A model generated the notes under the pieces. The model was not told the origin of the DNA, made no database searches, and saw only the letters and a program-made list of their open reading frames with translations. A program made the translations under genes and the position numbers. DNA of 64,000 nt from the human T2T-CHM13v2.0 reference genome, Homo sapiens. Shown here one piece after another: positions 12,557 through 25,700 of the stretch (positions are counted from its first letter, which is position 1; every line of letters begins with the position of its first letter). The stretch is taken from NCBI RefSeq assembly GCF_009914755.1, contig NC_060934.1. One strand, written 5' to 3'.

Positions 12557-15500
12557 GCAAGTGGAGATTTCAAGCGATTTGATGCCAATCTTAGACATGG
12601 AAATGTCTTCATATTAAAAGTACACAGAGTCATTCGTAGAAACTAGTTTGTGATGTGTGCCTTCAACTCACAGAGTTTAACCTTTCTTTTCATAGAGCAG
12701 TTGGGAAACACTCTATTTGTAAAGTCTGCAAGTGGATATTTGGACCTCTTTGAGGCCTTCGTTGGAAACGGGATTTCTTCATATAACGCTAGACAGAAGA
12801 ATTCTCAGTAACTTCTTTGTGTTGTGTGTATTCAACTCACAGAGTTGAACCTTTCTTTAGAGGGAGCAGAGGTGAAACACTCTTTTTGTGGAATTTGCTA
12901 GTGTAGATTTCAAACGCTTCGAAGACAGTGATAGAAAAGGATATATCTTCGTATTAAAAGTAGACAAAATCATTCTCAGAAAACTCTTTGTGATGTGTGT
13001 GTTCAACTCACAGAGTTTAACCTTTCTTTAATCGAGCAGTTTGGAAATACACTCTTTGTAAGTCTGCAGGTGGATATTTGGCCCTCTTTGAGCCCTTCGT
13101 TGGAAACGGGATTTCCTCATATAATGCTAGACAGAAGAATTCTCAGTAACTTCTTTGTGTTGTTTGTATTCAACACACAGATTTGAACCTTCCTTTAGAG
13201 AGAGCAGATTTGAAACACTCTGTTTTTGGAATTTGCAAGTGCAGATTTCAAGCGCTTCTAGGCCTATGGCAGAAAAGGAAATATCTTCGTATAAAAACTA
13301 CACAGAATCATTCTCAACAACTACTTTGTGATGTGTGCGTTCAACTCACAGAGTTTAACCTTTCTTTTCATAGAGCAGTTTGGAAACACTCTGTTTGTAA
13401 AGCCTGCAAGTGCTTTTTTGGACTTCATTGAGGCCTTCGTTGGAAACGGGATTTCTTCATATAATGCTAGACAGAAGAATTCTCAGTCACTTCTTTGTGT
13501 TGTGTGTATTCAAGTCACAGAGTTGAACCTTCCTTTAGACAGAGCAGTTTTGAAAAATTCTTTCTGTGGAGTTTGCAAGTGGAGATTTCAAGCAATTTGA
13601 GGCTAATCTTTGAAATGGAAATATCTTCGTGTAAAAACTACACAGAATCATTCTCAGAAACTGCTTTGTCATCTGTGCGTTCAGTTCACAGAGTTTCACC
13701 TTTCTCTTCATAGAGCAGTTTGGAAAGACTCTGTCTGTAAAGTCTGCAAGTGATTAGTTAGACCCCTTTGAGGCCTTCGTTGGAAGCGGGATTTCTCATT
13801 TACTGCTAGACAGAAGAATTCTCAGTAAATCCTTTGTGTTGTGTGTATTCAACTCACAGAGTGGAACCTTCCTTTATTCAGAGCAGTTTTGTAAAACACT
13901 TTTTGTGGAATTTGCAAGTGGAGATTTCAAGCGATTTGACGCCAATCTTAGACATGGAAATATCTTCATATTAAAAGTACACAGAGTCATTCGTAGAAAC
14001 TAGTTTGTGATGTGTGCCTTCAACTCACAGAGTTTAACCTTTCTTTTCATAGAGCAGTTTGGAAACACTCTATTTGTAAAGTCTGCAAGTGGATATTTGG
14101 ACCTCTTTGAGGCCTTCGTTGGAAACGGGATTTCTTCATACAACGCTAGACAGAAGAATTCTCAGTAACTTCTTTGTGTTGTGTGTATTCAACTCACAGA
14201 GTTGAACCTTTCTTTAGAGAGAGCAGAGTTGAAACACTCTGTTTTTGGAATTTGCAACTGCAGATTTCAAGCGATTCTAGGCCTATGGCAGAAAAGGAAA
14301 TATCTTCGTATAAAAACTACACAGAATCATTCTCAACAACTACTTTGTGATGTGTGCGTTCAACTCACAGAGTTTAACCTTTCTTTTCATAGAGCAGTTT
14401 GGAAACACTCTGTTTGTAAAGCCTGCAAGTGCTTTTTTGGACTTCATTGAGGCCTTCGTTGGAAACGGGATTTCTTCATATAATGCTAGACAGAAGAATT
14501 CTCAGTCACTTCTTTGTGTTGTGTGTATTCAAGTCACAGAGTTGAACCTTCCTTTAGACAGAGCAGTTTTGAAAAATTCTTTCTGTGTAATTTGCAAGTG
14601 GAGATTTCAAGCGATTTGAGGCTAATCTTTGAAATGGAAATATCTTCGTGTAAAAACTACACAGAATCATTCTCAGAAACTGCTTTGTCATCTGTGCGTT
14701 CAGTTCACAGAGTTTCACCTTTCTCTTCATAGAGCAGTTTGGAAAGACTCTGTCTGTAAAGTCTGCAAGTGATTAGTTAGACCCCTTTGAGGCCTTCGTT
14801 GGAAGTGGGATTTCTCATTTACTGCTAGACAGAAGAATTCTCAGTAAATCCTTTGTGTTGTGTGTATTCAACTCACAGAGTGGAACCTTCCTTTATTCAG
14901 AGCAGTTTTGAAACACTCTTTTTGTGGAATTTGCAAGTGGAGATTTCAAGCGATTTGACGCCAATCTTAGACATGGAAATATCTTCATATTAAAAGTACA
15001 CAGAGTCATTCGTAGAAACTAGTTTGTGATGTGTGCCTTCAACTCACAGAGTTTAACCTTTCTTTTCATAGAGCAGTTGGGAAACACTCTATTTGTAAAG
15101 TCTGCAAGTGGATATTTGGACCTCTTTGAGGCCTTCGTTGGAAACGGGATTTCTTCATATAACGCTAGACAGAAGAATTCTCAGTAACTTCTTTGTGTTG
15201 TGTGTATTCAACTCACAGAGTTGAACCTTTCTTTAGAGGGAGCAGAGGTGAAACACTCTTTTTGTGGAATTTGCTAGTGTAGATTTCAAACGCTTCGAAG
15301 ACAGTGATAGAAAAGGATATATCTTCGTATTAAAAGTAGACAAAATCATTCTCAGAAAACTCTTTGTGATGTGTGTGTTCAACTCACAGAGTTTAACCTT
15401 TCTTTAATCGAGCAGTTTGGAAATACACTCTTTGTAAGTCTGCAGGTGGATATTTGGCCCTCTTTGAGCCCTTCGTTGGAAACGGGATTTCCTCATATAA

Positions 15501-18500
15501 TGCTAGACAGAAGAATTCTCAGTAACTTCTTTGTGTTGTTTGTATTCAACACACAGATTTGAACCTTCCTTTAGAGAGAGCAGATTTGAAACACTCTGTT
15601 TTTGGAATTTGCAAGTGCAGATTTCAAGCGCTTCTAGGCCTATGGCAGAAAAGGAAATATCTTCGTATAAAAACTACACAGAATCATTCTCAACAACTAC
15701 TTTGTGATGTGTGCGTTCAACTCACAGAGTTTAACCTTTCTTTTCATAGAGCAGTTTGGAAACACTCTGTTTGTAAAGCCTGCAAGTGCTTTTTTGGACT
15801 TCATTGAGGCCTTCGTTGGAAACGGGATTTCTTCATATAATGCTAGACAGAAGAATTCTCAGTCACTTCTTTGTGTTGTGTGTATTCAAGTCACAGAGTT
15901 GAACCTTCCTTTAGACAGAGCAGTTTTGAAAAATTCTTTCTGTGGAGTTTGCAAGTGGAGATTTCAAGCGATTTGAGGCTAATCTTTGAAATGGAAATAT
16001 CTTCGTGTAAAAACTACACAGAATCATTCTCAGAAACTGCTTTGTCATCTGTGCGTTCAGTTCACAGAGTTTCACCTTTCTCTTCATAGAGCAGTTTGGA
16101 AAGACTCTGTCTGTAAAGTCTGCAAGTGATTAGTTAGACCCCTTTGAGGCCTTCGTTGGAAGCGGGATTTCTCATTTACTGCTAGACAGAAGAATTCTCA
16201 GTAAATCCTTTGTGTTGTGTGTATTCAACTCACAGAGTGGAACCTTCCTTTATTCAGAGCAGTTTTGAAAAACACTTTTTGTGGAATTTGCAAGTGGAGA
16301 TTTCAAGCGATTTGATGCCAATCTTAGACATGGAAATGTCTTCATATTAAAAGTACACAGAGTCATTCGTAGAAACTAGTTTGTGATGTGTGCCTTCAAC
16401 TCACAGAGTTTAACCTTTCTTTTCATAGAGCAGTTGGGAAACACTCTATTTGTAAAGTCTGCAAGTGGATATTTGGACCTCTTTGAGGCCTTCGTTGGAA
16501 ACGGGATTTCTTCATATAACGCTAGACAGAAGAATTCTCAGTAACTTCTTTGTGTTGTGTGTATTCAACTCACAGAGTTGAACCTTTCTTTAGAGGGAGC
16601 AGAGGTGAAACACTCTTTTTGTGGAATTTGCTAGTGTAGATTTCAAACGCTTCGAAGACAGTGATAGAAAAGGATATATCTTCGTATTAAAAGTAGACAA
16701 AATCATTCTCAGAAAACTCTTTGTGATGTGTGTGTTCAACTCACAGAGTTTAACCTTTCTTTAATCGAGCAGTTTGGAAATACACTCTTTGTAAGTCTGC
16801 AGGTGGATATTTGGCCCTCTTTGAGCCCTTCGTTGGAAACGGGATTTCCTCATATAATGCTAGACAGAAGAATTCTCAGTAACTTCTTTGTGTTGTTTGT
16901 ATTCAACACACAGATTTGAACCTTCCTTTAGAGAGAGCAGATTTGAAACACTCTGTTTTTGGAATTTGCAAGTGCAGATTTCAAGCGCTTCTAGGCCTAT
17001 GGCAGAAAAGGAAATATCTTCGTATAAAAACTACACAGAATCATTCTCAACAACTACTTTGTGATGTGTGCGTTCAACTCACAGAGTTTAACCTTTCTTT
17101 TCATAGAGCAGTTTGGAAACACTCTGTTTGTAAAGCCTGCAAGTGCTTTTTTGGACTTCATTGAGGCCTTCGTTGGAAACGGGATTTCTTCATATAATGC
17201 TAGACAGAAGAATTCTCAGTCACTTCTTTGTGTTGTGTGTATTCAAGTCACAGAGTTGAACCTTCCTTTAGACAGAGCAGTTTTGAAAAATTCTTTCTGT
17301 GGAGTTTGCAAGTGGAGATTTCAAGCAATTTGAGGCTAATCTTTGAAATGGAAATATCTTCGTGTAAAAACTACACAGAATCATTCTCAGAAACTGCTTT
17401 GTCATCTGTGCGTTCAGTTCACAGAGTTTCACCTTTCTCTTCATAGAGCAGTTTGGAAAGACTCTGTCTGTAAAGTCTGCAAGTGATTAGTTAGACCCCT
17501 TTGAGGCCTTCGTTGGAAGCGGGATTTCTCATTTACTGCTAGACAGAAGAATTCTCAGTAAATCCTTTGTGTTGTGTGTATTCAACTCACAGAGTGGAAC
17601 CTTCCTTTATTCAGAGCAGTTTTGAAAAACACTTTTTGTGGAATTTGCAAGTGGAGATTTCAAGCGATTTGACGCCAATCTTAGACATGGAAATATCTTC
17701 ATATTAAAAGTACACAGAGTCATTCGTAGAAACTAGTTTGTGATGTGTGCCTTCAACTCACAGAGTTTAACCTTTCTTTTCATAGAGCAGTTTGGAAACA
17801 CTCTATTTGTAAAGTCTGCAAGTGGATATTTGGACCTCTTTGAGGCCTTCGTTGGAAACGGGATTTCTTCATACAACGCTAGACAGAAGAATTCTCAGTA
17901 ACTTCTTTGTGTTGTGTGTATTCAACTCACAGAGTTGAACCTTTCTTTAGAGAGAGCAGAGTTGAAACACTCTGTTTTTGGAATTTGCAACTGCAGATTT
18001 CAAGCGATTCTAGGCCTATGGCAGAAAAGGAAATATCTTCGTATAAAAACTACACAGAATCATTCTCAACAACTACTTTGTGATGTGTGCGTTCAACTCA
18101 CAGAGTTTAACCTTTCTTTTCATAGAGCAGTTTGGAAACACTCTGTTTGTAAAGCCTGCAAGTGCTTTTTTGGACTTCATTGAGGCCTTCGTTGGAAACG
18201 GGATTTCTTCATGTAATGCTAGACAGAAGAATTCTCAGTCACTTCTTTGTGTTGTGTGTATTCAAGTCACAGAGTTGAACCTTCCTTTAGACAGAGCAGT
18301 TTTGAAAAATTCTTTCTGTGGAGTTTGCAAGTGGAGATTTCAAGCGATTTGAGGCTAATCTTTGAAATGGAAATATCTTCGTGTAAAAACTACACAGAAT
18401 CATTCTCAGAAACTGCTTTGTCATCTGTGCGTTCAGTTCACAGAGTTTCACCTTTCTCTTCATAGAGCAGTTTGGAAAGACTCTGTCTGTAAAGTCTGCA

Positions 18501-21500
18501 AGTGATTAGTTAGACCCCTTTGAGGCCTTCGTTGGAAGCGGGATTTCTCATTTACTGCTAGACAGAAGAATTCTCAGTAAATCCTTTGTGTTGTGTGTAT
18601 TCAACTCACAGAGTGGAACCTTCCTTTATTCAGAGCAGTTTTGAAACACTCTTTTTGTGGAATTTGCAAGTGGAGATTTCAAGCGATTTGACGCCAATCT
18701 TAGACATGGAAATATCTTCATATTAAAAGTACACAGAGTCATTCGTAGAAACTAGTTTGTGATGTGTGCCTTCAACTCACAGAGTTTAACCTTTCTTTTC
18801 ATAGAGCAGTTGGGAAACACTCTATTTGTAAAGTCTGCAAGTGGATATTTGGACCTCTTTGAGGCCTTCGTTGGAAACGGGATTTCTTCATATAACGCTA
18901 GACAGAAGAATTCTCAGTAACTTCTTTGTGTTGTGTGTATTCAACTCACAGAGTTGAACCTTTCTTTAGAGGGAGCAGAGGTGAAACACTCTTTTTGTGG
19001 AATTTGCTAGTGTAGATTTCAAACGCTTCGAAGACAGTGATAGAAAAGGATATATCTTCGTATTAAAAGTAGACAAAATCATTCTCAGAAAACTCTTTGT
19101 GATGTGTGTGTTCAACTCACAGAGTTTAACCTTTCTTTAATCGATCAGTTTGGAAATACACTCTTTGTAAGTCTGCAGGTGGATATTTGGCCCTCTTTGA
19201 GCCCTTCGTTGGAAACGGGATTTCCTCATATAATGCTAGACAGAAGAATTCTCAGTAACTTCTTTGTGTTGTTTGTATTCAACACACAGATTTGAACCTT
19301 CCTTTAGAGAGAGCAGATTTGAAACACTCTGTTTTTGGAATTTGCAAGTGCAGATTTCAAGCGCTTCTAGGCCTATGGCAGAAAAGGAAATATCTTCGTA
19401 TAAAAACTACACAGAATCATTCTCAACAACTACTTTGTGATGTGTGCGTTCAACTCACAGAGTTTAACCTTTCTTTTCATAGAGCAGTTTGGAAACACTC
19501 TGTTTGTAAAGCCTGCAAGTGCTTTTTTGGACTTCATTGAGGCCTTCGTTGGAAACGGGATTTCTTCATATAATGCTAGACAGAAGAATTCTCAGTCACT
19601 TCTTTGTGTTGTGTGTATTCAAGTCACAGAGTTGAACCTTCCTTTAGACAGAGCAGTTTTGAAAAATTCTTTCTGTGGAGTTTGCAAGTGGAGATTTCAA
19701 GCGATTTGAGGCTAATCTTTGAAATGGAAATATCTTCGTGTAAAAACTACACAGAATCATTCTCAGAAACTGCTTTGTCATCTGTGCGTTCAGTTCACAG
19801 AGTTTCACCTTTCTCTTCATAGAGCAGTTTGGAAAGACTCTGTCTGTAAAGTCTGCAAGTGATTAGTTAGACCCCTTTGAGGCCTTCGTTGGAAGCGGGA
19901 TTTCTCATTTACTGCTAGACAGAAGAATTCTCAGTAAATCCTTTGTGTTGTGTGTATTCAACTCACAGAGTGGAACCTTCCTTTATTCAGAGCAGTTTTG
20001 AAAAACACTTTTTGTGGAATTTGCAAGTGGAGATTTCAAGCGATTTGACGCCAATCTTAGACATGGAAATATCTTCATATTAAAAGTACACAGAGTCATT
20101 CGTAGAAACTAGTTTGTGATGTGTGCCTTCAACTCACAGAGTTTAACCTTTCTTTTCATAGAGCAGTTTGGAAACACTCTATTTGTAAAGTCTGCAAGTG
20201 GATATTTGGACCTCTTTGAGGCCTTCGTTGGAAACGGGATTTCCTCATACAACGCTAGACAGAAGAATTCTCAGTAACTTCTTTGTGTTGTGTGTATTCA
20301 ACTCACAGAGTTGAACCTTTCTTTAGAGAGAGCAGAGTTGAAACACTCTGTTTTTGGAATTTGCAACTGCAGATTTCAAGCGATTCTAGGCCTATGGCAG
20401 AAAAGGAAATATCTTCGTATAAAAACTACACAGAATCATTCTCAACAACTACTTTGTGATGTGTGCGTTCAACTCACAGAGTTTAACCTTTCTTTTCATA
20501 GAGCAGTTTGGAAACACTCTGTTTGTAAAGCCTGCAAGTGCTTTTTTGGACTTCATTGAGGCCTTCGTTGGAAACGGGATTTCTTCATATAATGCTAGAC
20601 AGAAGAATTCTCAGTCACTTCTTTGTGTTGTGTGTATTCAAGTCACAGAGTTGAACCTTCCTTTAGACAGAGCAGTTTTGAAAAATTCTTTCTGTGTAAT
20701 TTGCAAGTGGAGATTTCAAGCGATTTGAGGCTAATCTTTGAAATGGAAATATCTTCGTGTAAAAACTACACAGAATCATTCTCAGAAACTGCTTTGTCAT
20801 CTGTGCGTTCAGTTCACAGAGTTTCACCTTTCTCTTCATAGAGCAGTTTGGAAAGACTCTGTCTGTAAAGTCTGCAAGTGATTAGTTAGACCCCTTTGAG
20901 GCCTTCGTTGGAAGCGGGATTTCTCATTTACTGCTAGACAGAAGAATTCTCAGTAAATCCTTTGTGTTGTGTGTATTCAACTCACAGAGTGGAACCTTCC
21001 TTTATTCAGAGCAGTTTTGAAACACTCTTTTTGTGGAATTTGCAAGTGGAGATTTCAAGCGATTTGACGCCAATCTTAGACATGGAAATATCTTCATATT
21101 AAAAGTACACAGAGTCATTCGTAGAAACTAGTTTGTGATGTGTGCCTTCAACTCACAGAGTTTAACCTTTCTTTTCATAGAGCAGTTGGGAAACACTCTA
21201 TTTGTAAAGTCTGCAAGTGGATATTTGGACCTCTTTGAGGCCTTCGTTGGAAACGGGATTTCTTCATATAACGCTAGACAGAAGAATTCTCAGTAACTTC
21301 TTTGTGTTGTGTGTATTCAACTCACAGAGTTGAACCTTTCTTTAGAGGGAGCAGAGGTGAAACACTCTTTTTGTGGAATTTGCTAGTGTAGATTTCAAAC
21401 GCTTCGAAGACAGTGATAGAAAAGGATATATCTTCGTATTAAAAGTAGACAAAATCATTCTCAGAAAACTCTTTGTGATGTGTGTGTTCAACTCACAGAG

Positions 21501-22783
21501 TTTAACCTTTCTTTAATCGAGCAGTTTGGAAATACACTCTTTGTAAGTCTGCAGGTGGATATTTGGCCCTCTTTGAGCCCTTCGTTGGAAACGGGATTTC
21601 CTCATATAATGCTAGACAGAAGAATTCTCAGTAACTTCTTTGTGTTGTTTGTATTCAACACACAGATTTGAACCTTCCTTTAGAGAGAGCAGATTTGAAA
21701 CACTCTGTTTTTGGAATTTGCTAGTGTAGATTTCAAACGCTTCGAAGACAGTGATAGAAAAGGATATATCTTCGTATTAAAAGTAGACAAAATCATTCTC
21801 AGAAAACTCTTTGTGATGTGTGTGTTCAACTCACAGAGTTTAACCTTTCTTTTCATAGAGCAGTTTGGAAACACTCTGTTTGTAAAGCCTGCAAGTGCTT
21901 TTTTGGACTTCATTGAGGCCTTCGTTGGAAACGGGATTTCTTCATATAATGCTAGACAGAAGAATTCTCAGTCACTTCTTTGTGTTGTGTGTATTCAAGT
22001 CACAGAGTTGAACCTTCCTTTAGACAGAGCAGTTTTGAAAAATTCTTTCTGTGGAGTTTGCAAGTGGAGATTTCAAGCGATTTGAGGCTAATCTTTGAAA
22101 TGGAAATATCTTCGTGTAAAAACTACACAGAATCATTCTCAGAAACTGCTTTGTCATCTGTGCGTTCAGTTCACAGAGTTTCACCTTTATCTTCATAGAG
22201 CAGTTTGGAAAGACTCTGTCTGTAAAGTCTGCAAGTGATTAGTTAGACCCCTTTGAGGCCTTCGTTGGAAGCGGGATTTCTCATTTACTGCTAGACAGAA
22301 GAATTCTCAGTAAATCCTTTGTGTTGTGTGTATTCAACTCACAGAGTGGAACCTTCCTTTATTCAGAGCAGTTTTGAAACACTCTTTTTGTGGAATTTGC
22401 AAGTGGAGATTTCAAGCGATTTGACGCCAATCTTAGACATGGAAATATCTTCATATTAAAAGTACACAGAGTCATTCGTAGAAACTAGTTTGTGATGTGT
22501 GCCTTCAACTCACAGAGTTTAACCTTTCTTTTCATAGAGCAGTTGGGAAACACTCTATTTGTAAAGTCTGCAAGTGGATATTTGGACCTCTTTGAGGCCT
22601 TCGTTGGAAACGGGATTTCTTCATATAACGCTAGACAGAAGAATTCTCAGTAACTTCTTTGTGTTGTGTGTATTCAACTCACAGAGTTGAACCTTTCTTT
22701 AGAGGGAGCAGAGGTGAAACACTCTTTTTGTGGAATTTGCTAGTGTAGATTTCAAACGCTTCGAAGACAGTGATAGAAAAGGA
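12557..22783 (+). repeat. Copy of 1..10227 (offset 12,556 bp = seven 8-mers + three 6-mers)
   Basis: Rare markers are shared at the exact offset: AAGCAAT (ORFs 939/13495 and 4672/17228), TTTTGTAAAAC (~1336/13892), ATCGATC (ORFs 6548/19104) and the conversion tract (9166/21722). Confidence 0.88.
14794..14810 (+). promoter_or_regulatory. Mutated, probably non-binding CENP-B box
   Basis: CTTCGTTGGAAGTGGGA has C>T at 14806 in the essential CGGG. Confidence 0.85.
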
Positions 22784-25700
22784 TGTATCTTCGTATTAAA
22801 AGTAGACAAAATCATTCTCAGAAAACTCTTTGTGATGTGTGTGTTCAACTCACAGAGTTTAACCTTTCTTTAATCGAGCAGTTTGGAAATACACTCTTTG
22901 TAAGTCTGCAGGTGGATATTTGGCCCTCTTTGAGCCCTTCGTTGGAAACGGGATTTCCTCATATAATGCTAGACAGAAGAATTCTCAGTAACTTCTTTGT
23001 GTTGTTTGTATTCAACACACAGATTTGAACCTTCCTTTAGAGAGAGCAGATTTGAAACACTCTGTTTTTGGAATTTGCAAGTGCAGATTTCAAGCGCTTC
23101 TAGGCCTATGGCAGAAAAGGAAATATCTTCGTATAAAAACTACACAGAATCATTCTCAACAACTACTTTGTGATGTGTGCGTTCAACTCACAGAGTTTAA
23201 CCTTTCTTTTCATAGAGCAGTTTGGAAACACTCTGTTTGTAAAGCCTGCAAGTGCTTTTTTGGACTTCATTGAGGCCTTCGTTGGAAACGGGATTTCTTC
23301 ATATAATGCTAGACAGAAGAATTCTCAGTCACTTCTTTGTGTTGTGTGTATTCAAGTCACAGAGTTGAACCTTCCTTTAGACAGAGCAGTTTTGAAAAAT
23401 TCTTTCTGTGGAGTTTGCAAGTGGAGATTTCAAGCGATTTGAGGCTAATCTTTGAAATGGAAATATCTTCGTGTAAAAACTACACAGAATCATTCTCAGA
23501 AACTGCTTTGTCATCTGTGCGTTCAGTTCACAGAGTTTCACCTTTCTCTTCATAGAGCAGTTTGGAAAGACTCTGTCTGTAAAGTCTGCAAGTGATTAGT
23601 TAGACCCCTTTGAGGCCTTCGTTGGAAGCGGGATTTCTCATTTACTGCTAGACAGAAGAATTCTCAGTAAATCCTTTGTGTTGTGTGTATTCAACTCACA
23701 GAGTGGAACCTTCCTTTATTCAGAGCAGTTTTGAAAAACTCTTTTTGTGGAATTTGCAAGTGGAGATTTCAAGCGATTTGACGCCAATCTTAGACATGGA
23801 AATGTCTTCATATTAAAAGTACACAGAGTCATTCGTAGAAACTAGTTTGTGATGTGTGCCTTCAACTCACAGAGTTTAACCTTTCTTTTCATAGAGCAGT
23901 TGGGAAACACTCTATTTGTAAAGTCTGCAAGTGGATATTTGGACCTCTTTGAGGCCTTCGTTGGAAACGGGATTTCTTCATACAACGCTAGAGAGAAGAA
24001 TTCTCAGTAACTTCTTTGTGTTGTGTGTATTCAACTCACAGAGTTGAACCTTTCTTTAGAGAGAGCAGAGTTGAAACACTCTGTTTTTGGAATTTGCAAG
24101 TGCAGATTTCAAGCGCTTCTAGGCCTATGGCAGAAAAGGAAATATCTTCGTATAAAAACTACACAGAATCATTCTCAACAACTACTTTGTGATGTGTGCG
24201 TTCAACTCACAGAGTTTAACCTTTCTTTTCATAGAGCAGTTTGGAAACACTCTGTTTGTAAAGCCTGCAAGTGCTTTTTTGGACTTCATTGAGGCCTTCG
24301 TTGGAAACGGGATTTCTTCATGTAATGCTAGACAGAAGAATTCTCAGTCACTTCTTTGTGTTGTGTGTATTCAAGTCACAGAGTTGAACCTTCCTTTAGA
24401 CAGAGCAGTTTTGAAAAATTCTTTCTGTGGAATTTGCAAGTGGAGATTTCAAGCGATTTGAGGCTAATCTTTGAAATGGAAATATCTTCGTGTAAAAACT
24501 ACACAGAATCATTCTCAGAAACTGCTTTGTCATCTGTGCGTTCAGTTCACAGAGTTTCACCTTTCTCTTCATAGAGCAGTTTGGAAAGACTCTGTCTGTA
24601 AAGTCTGCAAGTGATTAGTTAGACCCCTTTGAGGCCTTCGTTGGAAGCGGGATTTCTCATTTACTGCTAGACAGAAGAATTCTCAGTAAATCCTTTGTGT
24701 TGTGTGTATTCAACTCACAGAGTGGAACCTTCCTTTATTCAGAGCAGTTTTGAAACACTCTTTTTGTGGAATTTGCAAGTGGAGATTTCAAGCGATTTGA
24801 CGCCAATCTTAGACATGGAAATATCTTCATATTAAAAGTACACAGAGTCATTCGTAGAAACTAGTTTGTGATGTGTGCCTTCAACTCACAGAGTTTAACC
24901 TTTCTTTTCATAGAGCAGTTTGGAAACACTCTATTTGTAAAGTCTGCAAGTGGATATTTGGACCTCTTTGAGGCCTTCGTTGGAAACGGGATTTCTTCAT
25001 ATAACGCTAGACAGAAGAATTCTCAGTAACTTCTTTGTGTTGTGTGTATTCAACTCACAGAGTTGAACCTTTCTTTAGAGGGAGCAGAGGTGAAACACTC
25101 TTTTTGTGGAATTTGCTAGTGTAGATTTCAAACGCTTCGAAGACAGTGATAGAAAAGGATATATCTTCGTATTAAAAGTAGACAAAATCATTCTCAGAAA
25201 ACTCTTTGTGATGTGTGTGTTCAACTCACAGAGTTTAACCTTTCTTTAATCGAGCAGTTTGGAAATACACTCTTTGTAAGTCTGCAGGTGGATATTTGGC
25301 CCTCTTTGAGCCCTTCGTTGGAAACGGGATTTCCTCATATAATGCTAGACAGAAGAATTCTCAGTAACTTCTTTGTGTTGTTTGTATTCAACACACAGAT
25401 TTGAACCTTCCTTTAGAGAGAGCAGATTTGAAGCACTCTGTTTTTGGAATTTGCAAGTGCAGATTTCAAGCGCTTCTAGGCCTATGGCAGAAAAGGAAAT
25501 ATCTTCGTATAAAAACTACACAGAATCATTCTCAACAACTACTTTGTGATGTGTGCGTTCAACTCACAGAGTTTAACCTTTCTTTTCATAGAGCAGTTTG
25601 GAAACACTCTGTTTGTAAAGCCTGCAAGTGCTTTTTTGGACTTCATTGAGGCCTTCGTTGGAAACGGGATTTCTTCATATAATGCTAGACAGAAGAATTC

